Below, in pieces: positions 23,391-36,711 of a DNA stretch of 64,000 bases. The first letter of the stretch is position 1. Every line of letters begins with the position of its first letter. The notes beneath the pieces were generated by a model that searched no databases, was not told where the DNA came from, and saw only the letters and a program-made list of their open reading frames with translations. Source of the stretch: Tubulanus polymorphus (taxonomy: Eukaryota; Animalia; Nemertea); contig NC_134029.1 of the NCBI RefSeq assembly GCF_964204645.1, positions 18,780,950-18,844,949 of the forward strand, written 5' to 3'. A program made the position numbers and the translations under genes.

Positions 23391-25707
23391 ATGATGATGC
23401 AAATGCCAATGAACCCTATGGTAGCTCCCGGGCCCGCTCCTGGACCGCCTGCGGGCGCAAACAAAAAACCGAAGGGCAAAATGACTCCTTACGCCTGTTT
23501 TGTGAAAGTTATCCGGGCTGAACACAAGAAGAAACACCCCAATGAACATATCGTTTTTGCTGAGTTTTCGAAAAAATGTGCAGAGAAGTGGTCGGTAAGT
23601 GTAATCATGGACGTATAAACTAGATCTAGTTTATACGTCCAATGTGTAATAGAACGTAAACAGTAAAATCTTTATGAGAACTATTCGTCAAAATGTTTTA
23701 TGTTATTTAACTTTTCCTGACCCCTTAATTCGGAGATGCCTTCCGTAATTGGGATATGATAGTAATGCAGATTCTAGCTCAAAATTCTCTACTTTATAAA
23801 CTTTTTGTATTCAGGAATGACTGATCTGTAATGGGGACCCTGTTACATTAGGCTATAGAAAGTTGAGACTATTCTCAGTCTGGATTATAGTTGTTTCATC
23901 CACTATGTAAATTAAAAAAGACAATTGTTATTTTTGTTCTGACGTTTCGGGAGTATTACTTCCACCCATCTTCAGAGATTATTTATACATTAGGCTATCT
24001 TCTGAACTTAATAATTGACGTTGCGTATGGACATTCTCTTCGTTTTAGCAAATGACCGACAAGGAGAAGCGACGATTTCAGGAGATGTCGTTAAACGACA
24101 AAGAGCGTTACGAGCGCGAAATGGCTGGCTACGAACCGCAACCCGGTGAAAAACCGAAGCGAACAAAGAAGAAGAGAACAAAGGATCCAAACGCTCCCAA
24201 ACGAGCCCTGTAAGTTTTGAGTCGCGGCTGGTGCACTGTCGACTACGGTGGTCGCGCTAAACGTCCCAAAGCATTGGGTAATTCTCGGTGCTATTTTTTC
24301 CTGAGCAAAATTCTGCCCTGTTTTCCTGCAAAGGTTGCAGATGATACCAGTGCGTAAAAGATAAATGAATTGCCCTAAGACTTATTGCTGTATATAGAAG
24401 TATACTACAGTATTCAGTATTTGGGCATGCGTCTGGTAGGAAACAACAAATGTATTTCAACATGCTAGTTAGGTAGCGTTTTAAAACGGAAATACAGTAC
24501 AATGTTTGGCTGCGCCGTGCACCATGTATTTCTATGTATAGGCACCCTTTTGAAATCTCTGACTGCCATGCATAACAATGAATAGACATGGTCAGTCGAA
24601 TTTGGGAGGACTTGAAGACTCAAAAAATTACTTAAGGGCTGTTGAGGCCAGGGGTTTTATGAAAAGAAAAAAAAAATAAATTATCTGAATCGGGCTTAAG
24701 TTTATTTTCTCTCATTGATTTACTATTCTATTCAGCTCCGCGTTCATGTGGTTTTGTAAGGACGCTCGTAAAGACGTGAAAGAGGTCAGTCCCGAATTGC
24801 GTATGGGCGAAATAGCGAAGGTGCTGTCGGTGAAATGGAAAACCTGTCCGAACAAGGAGTACTACGAGAAACAATCGGATGAAGACAAACAGCGATACGC
24901 GAATGTAAGTTCTCGCTGCTTTCAACTCTAGTTTCGAAAGATGGCTGGTATCAATTGAGACGAAACATCAACATAGTTGTTCTTAACCCTTTCAGCGCAT
25001 CAACACCGCAGTGCGGTGTATAAATCGGTACTGAACTTTGCTAGAACAACACATTGATGTTATTAGAAACTTGTTATTATCTTTACGAAAGATGGCTACA
25101 CATGTCAAACTTGTTGAAATAGTAGTAACTAACGACCCGCACTAAACTAGTGGTATACCCGCTAAACGAGGTATTCGGGTGGACTTGTTAAAATTATCTC
25201 CAGCATTTAAGGGTAATATTTAGGGCCAAATTCGGTTTTTCTATCTAGTCGACTAGTGATCGGTACCAATAGCCGAATGCACGTAATTTCCAAACTATTG
25301 CCGAAATATAGTTTCGACTAACTGAAATTCGGTTTCACTTAGTTTAACTAACTGCCTTCTCCTTGGCTGCACTGAAAGGGTTTAATTTTGCGGGTTTAAG
25401 TCTGTTCATTTGTAATAATGAATGTCGGAAGGGGTGGTTCCAGATTGAAGATTGAAAATCAAAATTCATCAATATTTTCCAGGCAATGCGGATATACAAA
25501 AGCCAAAAAGCTGGCAAACCGCTGCCGGCGACGACGATTCCTCCCCAACAACCGACGGTGATGCCGATGATGGCGCCGATGTCACAACAGCTTCAGCCGC
25601 CGCCGCAGCCGCATCATCACCTGCAACCGGCGAAGGGTCCCGACGAATCGGAGTCGGAATCGGACGAATCCGGCTCCGAGGACGACGACGACGACGACGA
25701 AGCCTAA
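23391..25707 (+). CDS. HMGB/DSP1-type double HMG-box protein, paralog 2 (~252 aa)
   Basis: Exons 23391-23594, 24049-24209, 24736-24904, 25483-25707. Same intron phases and internal exon sizes (161, 169 nt) as paralog 1. P/M-rich termini and an acidic tail. Confidence 0.93.
23608..23641. repeat. Perfect 34-bp palindrome
   Basis: tggacgtataaactaga|tctagtttatacgtcca, checked base by base. Confidence 0.9.
24987..25380. mobile_element. piggyBac-type MITE (TTAA-CCCTTTCAG...CTGAAAGGG)
   Basis: TTAA at the left end and CCC/GGG termini. The acaccgcagtgcggtgta motif is shared with the copies at 43176, 56380 and 59547. Confidence 0.75.
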
Positions 25708-25863
25708 ATATCTAGAGATAGACTGTGAATGCATTTGATTGCCAATTCAACTGGTAGTACATGTAATAATAATTATCATGGATCTGCGTTTGTACTGTTG
25801 TAAAGATTAAAAACACAAAAAAACCATTCTTAGCTCATTCTTCCATAGGTGTATCTAACTAAG

Positions 25864-25918
25864 CTATTATTATTATTATTATCATCATAATGATTATTAT
25901 TATTATTATTATTATTAT
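25864..25918. repeat. (ATT)n microsatellite in the HMGB paralog 2 3' UTR
   Basis: Seen directly in the sequence. Confidence 0.85.
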
Positions 25919-28900
25919 TTAAGTTTACAATTCTTCGGTTGTTGACGGATTGTATTTTGTGTAATGCTGGGTATTACTTCATTGAATACTGAATGGGTTA
26001 ATTCGGAGATAACGTTAAGAGGTGTGCCGGCTGCTAATCCGTGTTGCGGTGTTTTGATAATCGCGATACCAGCGAAATGATTAGCGAAAAACGGAAGAAA
26101 CATCGGAATGTACTGATTACGAACGACAATTTTATGCATGGCCCATTTTCTAATTAAGTATATCGCGTGTTGTAATAGTGCCGAGGTTTTTGGTTATATT
26201 GTCTTTTTTAACCGATTGTCTTACTCTTCTATCGCTTAATAGTGCTAAGATTGGCGCAAAAAATCGAATATTTCGGGTTGGCGGTGTATAATGGATATGT
26301 AATAATGTCGAATCTAAATCGAACATAGATTATAGCGTGTATATTTCTGAAACCAGTAGTAGCTAGTGAGTTAAGGCACAGTTCTCGAAAAGGAATTCGG
26401 TCGAATCTACCCCTAATTTGGCGATGGTCGATGCCGGATTCGGTGAATTCGAATCAGGTAAACGTGTTGTAATTGCGTAATTACCCCTGATTCTCGATTC
26501 AGTACTCGGATGAAAGATTCGTTAATAGTAGTCCCGACGCGACATCTATTGCTGGTTTAAAAACCGTATACATGTACATATGTAATGTGCGTACATAATA
26601 GCTTTTATGTATTGTTTCATTCGAAACGGAACAGAGCTGCCAACTGTTGCCGATTTTTTCGAGAACATGTCCCGAATTTGAATCGTTTCTTACTCGCTTA
26701 TCACGTCGATAGAAGTTACCTCGGTCGTGTTTTGTTCAGATGGTTGGCAGCGTTCCTGTTTTCGTTTCTCGTCGAGAGACCGAACGATACTTCGATGAAA
26801 AAAAATTCGAAAGTAAGTTTAATCGCTGTGCCATATCATCATAATATTTAGGTTTGTATTTTACAAAAAAAATAAAAAATGGTTGTATGGTAAGCTTTAT
26901 TCTCGATGTTGTCAATTCATCCATCGATGATTATGGTCATAATTGTAAATGTATAATTTGGTGTGGGGTATATATCGGTCGGGGCTTTCCCCGCTCGCCG
27001 CAGCCTCTTCGATAGAGATTATTTCCTCGTTCAGTTATGCTACGGCGCAACAACAAAAAACTCGGATCGGAAAAAAAAAACCGCTTTAAAAGTCGGCTTC
27101 GTTCTGTTGAACTCTTGTCGGGATGGAAGAACGAATATCTAGCGCGGTTCACATTTAGGTTTCACTCGAATGTTCGTCGGAAAAGTGTTGAATTATCCGT
27201 GTCGATTTTCGTTGAAATTTTTGTTAATATTCTGTTTCGATTTGAGATCGTCACAGTTTACTATATGACAAATTTATCGTATAACCAATGCCTGCGTATT
27301 GACTTTGATGAAAAGACTTAAAAACGAATCGGTGATTTTTACCAGAGCTCTAGATACGCAGTAGACCCGACCTTCCAGAAAACGTCGGTTGTCTGCAATG
27401 ACGCTGTATCTAGAACCTCGTTGTTTTCAAGACTTTCCAGAAAAAGATGGATGGTTTCGTAGATTCCCGTAGTACCATCCTCCCTGGCAGGGATTCAAAT
27501 CGATGGCATCGCTGGTCTCTGGTCACGGCGCGAAACTCCGCTACACTTGAGGACCGGGTGCCGAGGAGGTTGTCTTTTCTGGAACGGCCGGGTCATGCAG
27601 TTTTTCACCGATTAGCGAATATACAGGATACACTTGTGTTAGATATTTACGAATTGTAGTCGTGATCGCTTTTACATATCGAAAATTGCTTCTTTTTTTT
27701 TTCTTAGTCGAATCACCAGCAGATAAAATGGCCAAGTACCATTAGGTATATATATATATAAATTATTGATTGAAGTCGACGTACCTGTTCCGAAGAAGAA
27801 ACGCGTATGGATTATTTACATAACAATATCGCCCATCCGACAGTTCAGTTCAACTTGTAAATATATCCCTTGTACGTAACCTTAGAAAGAAAAGTGTTCA
27901 ACTAATTCCAGTTTCGTTAAGTTTTCTCTGGTCGCTAATCAATCGAAAAACAGTAACAACGCGATGTTTTTTTTTTTACCAGGTTTCAGTTCCTTTTCTC
28001 TTCTCGAATTTTGCTTCCTTTTTTTTCGCTCGTCGAAAAAAATCGCACTTTTTTACGTAACCATCGTTTGTAGTTAAGTTTTGGAAAAGCAGTGAATGCG
28101 CGAAAAATTCAGGATCAATCCATGGATAAATCTATCGGAATTCATTTATGTAAAGTTTTTTGTGACTATTTTTTGAAGAAAAAAAATGCTGTATAAATGT
28201 ATTTTTTTTTGGTTTGCTGATTATTTGCTTGGAAATACATGCTCATTTTAACATCCAGGCTCTTTGTATAGTGTGTATGTTTTAGCAAGAATATATTCTT
28301 TTATGTGTAGGTCAGAAAAATTTTGTATCATCAAAATTAAAAAAGCATTTTAATCACAAACAAAACATTAGTTTTTAGTTGGTCTCGTGAACGGATGCGT
28401 AAGCCAGGAATGTTGTGCTGTTTTCTGTGTATAGTTAAGTCGTTACTTCCCATCACGGTTCATAGCAGTCCTTGAATGTCTGTTAGAGTTTTGAAATGGG
28501 AATCCTGAAATCATTGTCATGGTCCTTGAATGGCATCAAGTCATTAGTTATTGTCCGCAGATCCAAGATACAGCTCTTAAAATCTGATTAGACCTGGATT
28601 CATGGCAACAATACGTCCTGGAATCGGAGTCCTTGAAAAACCCTTGAAAGTCATTAAATGAGATAGGTCACGAAATGAATCCTGGTTATAGAACTGGTAA
28701 TTTCATTGAATTTGAGTTAGATTGGACAAATTTGTTCACTGAAAAAAGTTGCGGGCACTGGCATCAAAAAGGATGACTTCATAACGGACTTGGACTGTAG
28801 TTATTCAGACGCTTTAAACTTACCAAAGTGTAAGGATACATTCGATTCCATTACAGTAAAACCTCCCATAATGAACATAATGAAAATTTCATTTAGTTCA

Positions 28901-29670
28901 TTTCCGATTAAGTTAACCTGTAAAGTTATACTGTATTTCAGAAATTAAAAGATAATTTCATTTCATGGGAATAGAATAGATGTGTGCCTTGAAACATCCA
29001 GACTGGTTGCTGTCACTGAAATACACGTGTCAATCTGCTGCCTGGACCATCTTAATTTCCATACGTTAATCATTTTCTTAAAATATATTCATTGTCTAGG
29101 GCTATAAACACACTTGATCGGACATAAAATTCACTACAAATGACAGGAATTATAGTCATTTTTCACCATGATTGCTTCCAGTTAACACTCGCACTTATGT
29201 TTTATAAAATTAGACAATCTAGAACAAAAACCTCCCTGATTGCCGCTGATAGATATATACAATCTTCAAAACGCGTAACAGGTATTCAAATTATTAACAA
29301 ATCCATTGTTTATTTATTACAAGGATACAAAGCATTATCCAGATGTACACATTTATAAAGAATCATTAATATTAAAGCACTCCACGTTGAAAGACAAGGC
29401 ATAACTGCGTTGAACGGAATTCAAATGCGCCATCAAGTTCGTTAGGCCGTAAAAAGTCCAGTAAAATTATCTCATTCGAACAGAACTTTATCTCGAGTGA
29501 GATGTGACTATACAAAACATTAAAACAAAAATACAATCTGTAGAAATAAAAGAAAGCTACAAATAAAACAGTTAAACAGCGCGAACATTTCGAGACGCGT
29601 TAGAAAAAAAAACAACATTCTGTGCGGGAGTTAATCTTCGAAAAAGATGAGCGAAAATGAAATTTTCTTC

Positions 29671-32600
29671 TCATCCGTTAAACCATCGGATGACGACAAC
29701 TTTGCCGTCGCTCGTGCCGACAGCAATCATCGGGCCGTCGCCATCGTCTCCGATATCGATGCACGTTACTTGAGCCGACGTAATCTGTTCGCTGAAACTC
29801 GGATTGGTAATGTCTATTTTCTGAAAATCTCTGTAGGATTCCACGTGATAAGCATGTATCTTACCTGTCAAAAGAAAATAAAGTACATGATTAAGCAAAG
29901 AATATTTTTCAAGACTTAAAGACTAGTCTACTCAATCGATCCACCCCCTTGATCCGTCCTTGGATTTTAAATTGTTCATTAAACGATCTTATGTCATAAG
30001 GTAAATTGTTTCACTATCCGGGCCGCACTGAGAGAACACTAGATCTCAACATTCTCATACGCCTTATGCAAGTTGAAGATCTAGTGTTTTCAGCATGTCC
30101 TGATTTTTCAGAGCACCAGTTTTTGTTACTTTATCTGGACTGAGCAGCAAGTTTCATAGTAACCACTGAATGCAATTCACATTGGATACATCTAATTTAT
30201 ACTACATGTTGATCAGACTGTGACCTTAAGAAATGTGAAAACTGTTAACTACCTGCCGTAGTTCCAATCACAAATAACGAGCCCCATAATGCCGCTAATA
30301 CTGCATTTCCACCAAGACTCTCCCATACATTATGTTTGACAAAGTTGTATCCATGATTAGTTGACATAAACAGCAGTCCAGAAACTGAAAACATTATTGA
30401 AAACAATGCTTGATCTCGACACAAAATCCACATTCCTTCTTCAGGGGTGATTGCATAACTTAAAATTTAGGACTACAATGTACGGTGCCGGCATTTACAC
30501 AGATATCCGTTTGGAGTTCTTAGTTCTTACTGCAACTGAACCCTAATAAAAATCCTTAAAACAATCGATACTAGTCCGTTAACAAAAAGATTATCTTTCT
30601 GGGTAAATGTTCATCAATCAATCAATTGCTTATTTACGGAAAAAACAAATAACCAATTGCAACTAGACCAGAACAGGCAGGATCTAGGAAAATTTGAAGG
30701 CAAGGGGCCAGAAGAAATGAAGAGGCGTTTCTTGGATAAAGCAGCTAGTTCAAAGGGCACTATAGAGGGGTCCCACCCTCAGTGTTATAGATAAAATAAT
30801 TAACTTATATATTCATCTGAAAAGATGTAATTTCCGTGGGGGAGATTGTCAAATTTTCAGGTTTTGACAATCCAAGTCTTGGCAAATAGAGCAACCTCAC
30901 ATGGAAGGCAGGTGTCTGGACCCCCAAGATCATCCCCTAAATCCACCCGTGCAGAAACGTGTTCTCGCACTTTTTCTTGAAACTGCACTTTCAGCTTATA
31001 TACAGAGCCTTTCAATTACCTGTCACACAAATGATTATGTCAGTTCGTAATATCAAATTATGCACGACTTCCTCGAACACGTTAATGACCTCGTGCGCCA
31101 ATCCTGTTTGCAAACCCACGACATCATCGCCAACATCAGCAGTCGATTTGCCTCGACTCAAATCCCACACCAAGAGATCACCTTGCGAGCTTAATGACAT
31201 CACCTTCAAACAGAAAAAATAATCCTGAGACTGGACGAAATTAACATTTTTCCTGGCTAGCCATTTTGAGCTGACAGTTTTAACGAAATCTTAGGTGCAC
31301 ATCGGTAGTAAGGCGTTTTATTTAGCACTACAGGGGTCATAGTAGGGCATAGTAAGCACTTTTTGATAATAAAAGTACCTGTGTAAGTGACACTTTTTTA
31401 TTGCCCTAGTCCTAATGCAACACATAAATTGTAAAAGCCCTAAATGATATTAAACACTGGACAGGCTATGGATAATATGTTTAAACAGGCATAAATATTG
31501 GCATGAATGAATAATTGTCCCACAGAAATCAAAATAAAGCACTTTTAGAACTTTTTGTGAAAGGCAAGCGCTTTTAATGGCTTTGCCCAATTTTTTTTCA
31601 AAAGTAACCACGGTTGAGTAAGAGACTCACTATGAAACCTGGCAAATCGTCTATAGAAAAGATCAGAAGAACTTGTAGAAAAGATGAAGAACATTCCGAG
31701 TCACTGCCTTTGAGCTCACCTCATTTTTCCAAATCTTGACGACTAACGGTGGTTGAGCGTGTCCGTAGAGATTATATCTCAATTGTGGTTTAAGATGGTC
31801 GGCTGCTAGTTCGACCACTCTGTGCCCGCTAATAACATGATCTGCTGCTGCCATTACAACCCTATTTCCGAAAGCGCTGAAACTAAACCAACCATACACA
31901 AAATGTTAAGTTTTCTGAACACTTTCCCTCCATTCAATGACTCAACTGAACTTGAAAAAGTCTGATATATTAAACAATTTTTGGTTCTGTTACGAGACCC
32001 TAATTTTTTTACTGTCTGTCTGTGTGTCTTTCAGTTACTTAGCGTTGTTAATAGTGGGTCCATCTTGATCAAACAATGGTAGTATGGGGGTCAAGTTGTA
32101 CAGTGCAAAGAAAGGGGCCCAGCAGCTGAACTAGGACACTAAAAATCTTTTTTTCAGTGACATGACCTTGAAAATGACCTCATAACTGAGGCATGGGGCT
32201 GAAATCTAAAAAGTTGTCTTGACCACATTTAGTTATTGGCCCTAGATACAACGTATCCAAAATGCAATGGGAACCAATGCATGGAAGTTTTGGATTTCCA
32301 GATTCACCTGAGCCAGATTACCGATGTCGCATGTGGCTTGTCCAGTCACAAAACAGCTGACTTAGGAATTAGTTTGGTCTACAATAGGCTCACTTCATTA
32401 CTGAGAAAGTTATACACAATTCATTTACCTCGGATTCTTTCCTTTGATACAAATGAATTGTCGTCTGTTGTCTTTTTTGAAACAGTTGTACAGGTCCGTG
32501 AATACGGCACCCATTCGATAGCAGATGAGACAAGCGCGGAATGGCAGATTAATATCTAGAAACTCTAACATCAATTCTTTGTTCACGTTGCTCAATTCGT

Positions 32601-35364
32601 CGCCATCTAAATCTGCGGAATGTGCAATTAAAACGATAAAATGAAAATCGATTCTAATGAACGAGCCGAAACAATAACTTTCTAGAAGAATACAATTAAG
32701 GGTTCACGGATAGTCCTTAATGATTGGACCATCTCAAATCGATTCAAAATGAAGTGAAATTTGATTCAAAAAGTAAGTAAAGATACTATTACCAGGTAGT
32801 TTAATTCATCATCTGTGCGCCACTATGTGACATGTGTTGTCTACCTGGTAATAGTGGGCAGTGGATAAAAATATTTGCCATTAATTGTGCCTACGTATTA
32901 TGAAAGTGGTACATGCTTAAAACTAAGTACATAGTAGTAAGGAGAAGCAAGAAAAATGGGTAATATAATTGATTTTAACGTGTCTACTATACGCACAAAT
33001 ATGAAGTGATATTAAAAAGTGGAGGGTTAACCAGTAAAGCGCAACATAACTCCCCTGGTAAGCACAGTGCACAATTTTGTATTCAGTAAACCAATACCGT
33101 GAGATTCATGCTAGGAGTAAAACTAAAGCCGCGATCACACTGAGATGATTTTGCCCTGACCAAATTGGCACGGATCAGGCTCGAACCAAATTTGGCCCGT
33201 GTCTAATCAGAGAGCGCGTTCACACGCAAACCATTCACTCGATACTAAACAATTTTCAAACAAAGCGAAGTGGGTCATTTCCGGTACCAGTTGCGCTGCT
33301 TCACTGTCTCGTGCTAAATTTCGGCTCGTACCTGGTCCGACATTTTTGGTTGTGCCAAATTTGGCTAGGGCCAAATAGGCTCGTGCCCATTTGGCACCTG
33401 TGTGAACAGCTTGTTCCAGGCCAAATTTGGCCCGGGCCCAAAGTGCTCATATGATCGCGGCTTAAGATGCTGCCAAATTAGAACACATGCAAAATATCAT
33501 GTGTTCTGGTAAGCAACATCCCAGCATGTGTAAAAGATTGGGTGCTCTATTCAGTGAAATTCAAACAAGGCTTTAGGTCAGAAAATGTTTTTCAAAACAG
33601 AGCCAGGGATTTGTTATAGAAAGGATTTGTTTCTTCCCATAGAAAATCTAGGACAAAAAGAGACTTCTCTGGCCCTCATCAGGGCCCACTTTTTAATGGA
33701 TTTAACTGATTTCTTAGCAATGTTTGTATCAAAACTAAAATTGAGGGGAACTTACTCTGATAAGTTTTTACGGCGCCAAACCCCCTAACTACAGACTTGA
33801 GAGCTAATAACTGATTGTGAATGAAGTGATTATCAAAAACAACATACCACACATAGTATGACACACGTTTTCACCTGAAACGTTGGAGTTTTGTTGATAG
33901 AAAAGTTGAATATCGGTGACGCCACACGCCGTTTTACCGGGAACGGTCACCACATCAACGAGCTCGCAAGTCAAGTGATTCCAAATCGACACATTTCCAC
34001 AATTCATCGATCCAGTGAAGAGGAAATCTCCTGAAATCCAATAATAATCATTCATTTACAGCAGACTCCGCCCAAGTCATATCCAACCAACTCTGATAAC
34101 CATTCGACTCAGATGGTTTTTGAAAGATTTTGTCAAGAAATTAGTAGGTACATTAATCAGAAGGACAACCCCGCAACCTCAAATTTCTCATAAACTGAAG
34201 GCCCATTATATCCTCAACGATCATCAAAATTCAAAATTTCAAAGATGAAGAGCTGTTGATCTTGTTGAAAGTGGAGGGATCACCCATAGACACCTGCAGA
34301 GCGGGTGGGGCACGAATGAGTAAAGTGAGTCATTTTCAGAATCAGTAAGTATTCATACGCAATGATTTGACCCTTGCTTGAATTTGGTATGGGCCCGGTC
34401 GACGTTTTTGGTTGGGCCAAACAGACGAACAGCCCATTTGGCACCCATGTGAATGGTTGGTCTGGGCCTAATCTGACACTGGCCAAAATCGCTCAGTGTG
34501 ATCATGCTCATATCATTTTTTTTTGTGTTGTCTGTATTGCGATAGTTTTATGCGAGAACAGCTGAACAATCACGTACCATCCCTGATATCGATCATACAC
34601 AGGGGCAGATCCAAAGGGCTATAGACCTATTATTAAACTACCCTCCAAATTTAGAAGGGCCTGAAAATTGAGGTCCTGAGATGTAATCTAAGGGGCTCCA
34701 AGTAGCTTGAAACACTAAAAAATCAAAGTGGAATTTTAAGATTAGATTCTCCGAAAGTTTTTTTGCCCTTTTAAAAAATTTTGATTTAATGTGGCCTTTT
34801 TAATTGGATATGGTAACCCTTTTTATCTGTCCTCACCAATCTTCTCAAAAGAAAGGTTGATTTTCTTCATAAAATTCTACTACTTTGATTTTAAAGGGGC
34901 ATTTTGGAAATTTAAATTGCCTTCCAGAAGGCATGGCAGGTAAGCTGGATCCACCACTGGTAATACACACATTGGCTCAGAGAAATACCGTTGAATTTGA
35001 CGGTGAAAACGCGAGCCTGCTCTTCGCAACACGGAATCTCAGTGCGTATCTTCTTCCACGTTTTAACACGCCGCATACGGTACCACTTGACGTATAACGT
35101 TTTCCACGCGAAAAACGGGTGAATATCTGACGCGATGTGTGCCGCGATTTCATTGAGATCGCGACATGAGCTGATATCCAGTAGTATGTCCTCGTCGATT
35201 TCGTTTGCGCAAAATTTTGTCCACGCGTCGTCCTTGGCAGTGAGCTCGCGTAAAATCGAGTTCCACTTGTGACAAACGGTCCTCGATCGCGCGGAATCGT
35301 AACCAGTCAAGTTGCGAAATATCCGAATTAGAATTTCGTCGGGAATGTTCGTTACGGTGGCCAT
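29671..35364 (-). CDS. F-box protein with divergent WD40-like repeats (~7 exons)
   Basis: N-terminal F-box (NIPDEILIRIFRNL..SRTVCHKWNSIL) in exon 35364-34989. Further exons at about 34030-33850, 32612-32428, 31876-31720, 31204-31020, 30388-30252 and 29864-29671 carry WD-like strings (FLFTGSMNCGNVSIWN, LYGHAQPPLVVKIW, SLSSQGDLLVWD, IAVGTSDGKVVVIRW). Some boundaries are approximate. Confidence 0.8.
31980..32341 (-). mobile_element. Helentron-associated (HINE/DINE-1-like) non-autonomous element
   Basis: A (CTGT)n tract next to gttacgagaccct, with tgacc motifs. The same end occurs in the opposite orientation at ~55960-56030. Family assignment is inference. Confidence 0.4.
33127..33462. mobile_element. 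PIF/Harbinger-type MITE, TIR AGCCGCGATCA, TSD TAA
   Basis: taa-AGCCGCGATCAcac ... atgatcgcggct-taa. Homologous copies at ~58790-59085 and ~1092-1373, and a partial one at ~34300-34508. Confidence 0.8.
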
Positions 35365-35859
35365 TTCACCGGTCTCTGTTTTAGAGTTCGACTTAATGAT
35401 ATCAACCCGATTCGGTGCACAAATCTTTTATAGATTGGTATAAATCTTTACGATTCAAGAGGTTTTAATTTAGTGAAGGCAATTTATCATCGATTGCTTA
35501 ATCTACATACGTCCTTTAGTAGAATAATTGTAGCCTAAGTAGAATATAATTAGCTCTGCCCATCGTTGTAGGCCTAACAAAATTTCGGGAGCTGTTCACA
35601 ATAGCATAACGCCATCTTAAAGCCATATCATGCAATCCAGTACCACTGGTCGGTTTTGTTACCACTCCCCGTTAGTTATTGTTTATCTGCGTTGTTACCG
35701 CGTTGTGTTTAAAAATCAGTTCAAAATCGACGAAGCACAGCAGGCTCCCTCGAGGCGAGCAGGTCAATCAAATACACACAGAGTTCACCCTCTGACTATC
35801 TTCGTCTGTCCTTTATAGCGCACCTTTACCCTCGGACACGGTGTAGCGACGAATAGTTC

Positions 35860-36497
35860 CATGACAAAGTCATGCGGTGGTACGTAAGGACATACAGGCA
35901 CGGCTCGACCCAAAAATCAAAAATTGAATGTGACATGGCATCAGACCACAATTAGGTTAGTAGCTCGAAGATGCGTAGGGCCGGACCCCAAAAATAGTAC
36001 CTAGAGTGAAGAAGAGGTCCCCCATAAATGTTGCCATAATTTCTGCAAATGGGATAGGTAACGAATTTCGGTTATATGTATGAAATCCATTGATCCTGAG
36101 AGACAGATCGATGATGAAATAAGGGATTCCCTGGACTTTTTTTGCTTGGAGTAAGGGTACCAAACACGGTGGGGGATTCCCTTAGATATTTGGCTCGGAT
36201 GTACTGGCATACCTGTACTGGGATACCCCTCCTTTCTAAAGGTTTGATTATTTCAAAAGTTAGGTTGGGTACGTGGGGCGAAAACCACTTCAATGCGTAG
36301 CTAAGATGCTGGCCTATGAGCCATAAGCAGGATTTCCCCTGAATTTACGCGCTTATATATGAACTAAACTCTCGAATTTCTTGTTTTTACTATAGGATAT
36401 AGAAGATTTTGGAATAGTGGTCTGAGCTCACATTTCGCATTTGTCAAAACTGGAGGGCAACGACCTTGAGAAAACTTACGCAATGTCATGGCGTTAC
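35860..36497. mobile_element. Probable decayed DNA transposon between the divergent F-box and RPL21 starts
   Basis: Imperfect inverted segments: ccatgaca..cgtaag versus cttacg..tgtcatgg, and aatgtga..tcagaccac versus gtggtctgagctcacatt. Confidence 0.35.
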
Positions 36498-36677
36498 CGA
36501 ATTTCTGAAAAAGCCGAAAAAATCCTGGAATTTTTTTCGATGAAATAAAATAATCGTTAAGAAGATAATCTTAAACGAATAAAGTAGTATTAGTGATATA
36601 AATTAAAGGTGGTTTAAAGGTGATTCTCGCAACTTCTCTAGGGATCTCGCGAAGCCTGCGTGATCTCGTCCATGCTG

Positions 36678-36711
36678 CTTCCTTTTCTCGTGGCGAAAAA
36701 TTAATTCCGAG
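36678..36711 (+). promoter_or_regulatory. RPL21 5'TOP/TCT initiator and non-coding exon 1
   Basis: Pyrimidine tract cttccttttctc, followed by donor GAG|gtgagt and preceded by the palindromic tctcgcga motif typical of ribosomal protein promoters. Confidence 0.75.
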
